Origin: Gordius albopunctatus
Taxonomy: Eukaryota
Assembly (NCBI GenBank): GCA_964276515.1
Contig: OZ193910.1
Span: forward strand, 1,054,001-1,118,000
Direction: 5' to 3'
Length of the DNA: 64,000 nucleotides
Each line of letters starts with the position of its first letter. Positions within the stretch are counted from its first letter, which is position 1. The notes under the pieces are model-generated. The model had not been told where the DNA came from and made no database searches. It saw nothing but the letters and a program-made list of their open reading frames with translations. The translations under genes and the position numbers were made by a program. Positions 60,301 through 64,000 of this stretch are shown in pieces.

Positions 60301-63300
60301 GTTTTGTATAAAAAAAGCTTGACTGTATATAAAAAATGTTTATTAAATATAATATTTAAAAAATGAACTGAACTATGAACTAGTTTATTTTTTTTTAGCA
60401 GTATTATATCATTTTTTATTTTTGTAAAGAGAATTACATATTTTGTGAAGGTAAGATAAATAAATTTAAAAATTAAGAATCGTAGATATTGGGAAGACAT
60501 TCGGTTATGGCTAATGAATTATATTTACAGATAGTTATGCCGATTTTCTGTCTTCAGCCGGGGCTCTGGAAATTTCAAAATACTCAGATATTAACAATAC
60601 TACTATAATGTTTTGTCCCATTGCGATGACTACCCTAACAACCCTTGGCCCCCTAGCCTTACAACTTTTTAAAAAAATAAGGAAACAAATTTCATTGCTA
60701 TTTCAAATGTAAATTGAATTCAACTTTTATAGCTAAAGTATACTTTGTTAACAAAGTATCTATGAATCATACAAATTCGTAGAAATAAAGTGAATATTTA
60801 AAGCGAATATATGATGAACTCGAGTTCATTTTAGGCAGGTTCCTTGTTTTGGCAAAACTTGTTATCTATGAATCATATAATTTAGTAAAAACAAATTAAA
60901 CATTAATAAAGATTATATATGATGAACTCAAGTTCATTGTACCTAGGAACCTTGTTTTTCCCAAAATTTGTTATTTATGTATTATATAAATTAATAGAAA
61001 CAAATTAATGAATAGAGAATACAAAATGAACTCGGGTTCAATGTTGCAGTTAGCTTGTTATTGCAAAACATGGCTTTGATATTAATCGAATACCGAGAAA
61101 TAGGGTAATTATAACATATATGTTCACTATCTTATAGCTCTTGGTCTTGTTATTGTTTTTCAAACACGAAAACACGAAAACGCTCAACTTTATAAAATAA
61201 AATGTTATAAGATCGTTTTGCAAAGTACATCACGTACCTTTCGCCTTATTCAGTTTTAATACTAACACATTCATTAATAACCTTTCCTATTTTAGGTTCA
61301 GTTCTTTATAAATATCCTTCTTGTGTATATGATTACATATGAATAGCAATGAATTAAGCACATGAATATATAAATTAATTAATAAAATTTATAAATTTGG
61401 GTAAAATGTAAAAATAGTGGCCGCCGGATACTTATCTAAGCGGATAAAGGGACTATGATGATAAAGGCAGCGATGGCTTAACTGGGGCGAGGGTCAATGT
61501 AGTTAGAGCCTTGCACGGTTCGCTCAAGGCCCGAAAAATAATCGGGCCTAATGGGCCAACCCGACTTGCGGTTTTAGCCCGGCCCAAACCAACTCGAATG
61601 AGGAACCAATGTAACTTTTATGCTTCAAAAAGTGTTCATAGAAAATTAAATTTTTAAATTTTATTTACAAAAGAGGCTTGTCAAATAAGCTCACATAACG
61701 CATGTCTTTTCTGGATATATATGGTACAATAGGGTAATTTTCCGAACCTTGGTTCAATTTCCTTGTAATTTCCCTTTATTTTATTATAATAATATTTCAA
61801 ATATTTCATTTTTAAAGAATGTTTCACTATATTTTGAAGCTATTTAATATTCAATTCATATTGGCGCTTAAATCATTTGTTTTTTTTTCGATTTCATAAT
61901 CAGTAATTAAGTTAATTAGCTTATCATGTCTAATTAGAGCCCCAGCCCGACCCGGGTCAGGCCGCGTTCGGGCAGAATTTGATAAAATTCGGGTCTCGGG
62001 CTCGGAATAAGTATTTAAAACTGTAATAAATCTATTTAATTAATAATAAATATTCCTTTTTCATTAAGTTAATATTTATTTTCATAATATAAAATTTTTT
62101 TTTCACATCACAAACTCTCTTTCAGCTGACCCAAATTCTTTCATATATTTCCTATTGCTAGGTACCAATTATTTAGCCAAATAAGTACTAAGCCAAAGCA
62201 ACGCTTGGCCGGGCACAGCTAGTATTTTATAAAGTTAGATTTTAGTTTAAAATTATTAGATGAATAAATTTAGTGAAAATGGATTTCTTACAAGCTTATT
62301 CTTGTAAATTGAGATTAATAACATTCTAATGCATTTTATATTTGGATGGTGAAATAGATATCAAAAATATAATTTTTTTAAAATTTTATTTGAAAATTCG
62401 GGTCGGGCTCGGGTCGGGCTCAAAAATAAAAAGTTTTTCGGGCTTGGGGGATTGGTGAAAAGGCAATGACTAGATTGCAATCCTGGTTGGCGTCGCATGA
62501 AGGTAAGCGAGGGACCGCGACATTAAACTTGCATCCAAATCTATTTGGGCATAGAATTGTAGGATATTAACTCCTAAATTGACATTGTCATTCCATAGTG
62601 ACAAGGCTTGATTGATGAAATGATTGAGTGAGAAATGGATTGTTTAAAAGATAGGGAGGAAGAGATAAAAGTGGCTAAGGAAATCGCAGTTGGTTGGAGA
62701 CCACAAGATTTTGTAAGAAGAGTGGCTTGAAGCCAAGTATTTCTGCAAAAAGATCAACTGAAAAGCAATTCGAGCCTGGATTTAGAAAGCTTTGATAATT
62801 TTGTAAATATTTTAAATAAGAAAGCTTGCGGGGAATGGAGACAAAATAAAATTTTGCTTAAGTTGTAAGAATTTTTTATAATTGGAAGTAATGGTGAGAG
62901 GGCATATATTCAAAAATTTCTTATTTGGTTTTAAAAATGGAAAGTTTTTCGTCTAAAAAGTTTCTAAAATACTCGAGTGTCCCGATAGGTGCGCCTAAAA
63001 CATACATGTCATCTTTTTTTAATTTGGGCAAAGTTAAAGAACTTTGAGTGAATAATATCCAAGTCAGTATAAATTTCACTTTTTGAGGGTTTAAAGATAA
63101 GTTTAAATTGGGATAATAATGAAATACATCTACGGCTTGAATCAGGTTTTCAGGAGTGCTGACAAGAGGGGCATCATTTAGTTCTACCCAACATTAAGGG
63201 TGAGTTTAAAAAGTTTTTTAATCTCATTAATTACGTTATTTATAGCCAAACATAATAAATGGGGGGGGGGCTATGGGGTCGCCATGTTGGATCCTCTTAT

Positions 63301-64000
63301 TCAAGGAAGAATTCTCCGAATTTCAGCATCGAAGGGCGTCACTGACTTAAAATGATGTACTACTTGGTTTAATGCGGAAATAGCTTGAAAATCATTGATG
63401 AATGCTGTTCGAGGAATGCTATTAAAATAATTTTAAAAATCCAGTTTAGGAGTCAGCCAGAGTGGTGAGGTGTTGCAGGGCTAAGCGTGCGCCATGGGTA
63501 GCTATCTCGCACCCTCATAGGGCTTTAAAGCCTAGTTGATGCGGAATAAATGGCCGGGTGATGATAGCTTAGAATATGTTTTATACAAGGTCGCGGCGCT
63601 TTCATCAAATATGTACATTAGTTTATCCAGAAATGTTATCTCTCTCATTCGTCATGTATAGCTGCATGTAAGGTAATATATTTTTTGTTAAAATGCACTC
63701 AACAACAAAACGTTATTAAAGAATCTGTTGAAAGCTCAATATATCGTCTTCAATTGTTTTATACTATGTTATAATTGTTTTATGAATCCCACCGGAGAGT
63801 AGCACGTAAATGTTAGGCCAAAACATTTTTGTCACCTTATTCTTCAATTCCTTTATTTAGTGAATTGCCTCCTTTCGAAAATAGCTTAAGCGCTTTCCAA
63901 ATATTTTACTTATCGAGGATATGTAGGTAAACTGATTTTGCTGCCATCTTCTATAAGCTAATCATTAGCAAGCACTACTAAGCTATTAATTAATATCCAA
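51361..64000. repeat. Inner tandem duplication within the second outer copy (A3 51361-60029, A4 60030-end)
   Basis: Same junction GTGGTTTGTA|TTTCGCTC at 60030. A3 carries A1 alleles and A4 carries A2 alleles. Confidence 0.95.
57597..58875 (+). CDS. Uncharacterised small secreted protein, copy 3 (same variant as copy 1)
   Basis: Same exon structure at offset +24679 from copy 1; carries the copy-1 alleles at the diagnostic sites. Confidence 0.7.

Larger units (their letters stand above)
22188..64000. repeat. Tandem segmental duplication, period ~24.68 kb (copy 1 22188-46864; copy 2 from 46865 past the window end)
   Basis: GAGGTATTTGTATTTTTTCAC... at 22188 recurs at 46865, and all downstream features recur at offset 24677-24680 with few differences. 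Confidence 0.95.

Overview
AT-rich eukaryotic (animal, probably invertebrate) genomic DNA with short spliceosomal introns. 6.75-17.95 kb holds a complete 16-exon INF2-like formin gene (+ strand, 1157 aa by manual splicing; DID-FH1-FH2-WH2/DAD) with several MITE/hAT insertions in its introns. 18.6-26.7 kb is a nest of decayed transposons: an RTE LINE carrying a solo LTR, a CRE-like LINE carrying a hAT derivative, and a Tip100/ZMYM-like hAT. From about 22.2 kb to the window end the DNA is a nested tandem duplication: an ~8.67-kb unit in tandem, inside a ~24.68-kb unit that is itself tandemly repeated. The 8.67-kb unit has no informative ORF in the supplied track. Manual splicing nonetheless reveals a small multi-exon gene in it, encoding a ~160-aa secreted protein I do not recognise. 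All 7 coding differences I found between the adjacent copies change an amino acid, while the flanking DNA is almost identical. The breakpoint of the 8.67-kb duplication falls inside a hammerhead-ribozyme motif that sits in a long hairpin (Penelope-like). All splicing, alignments and counts were done by eye and need computational and RNA-seq confirmation.
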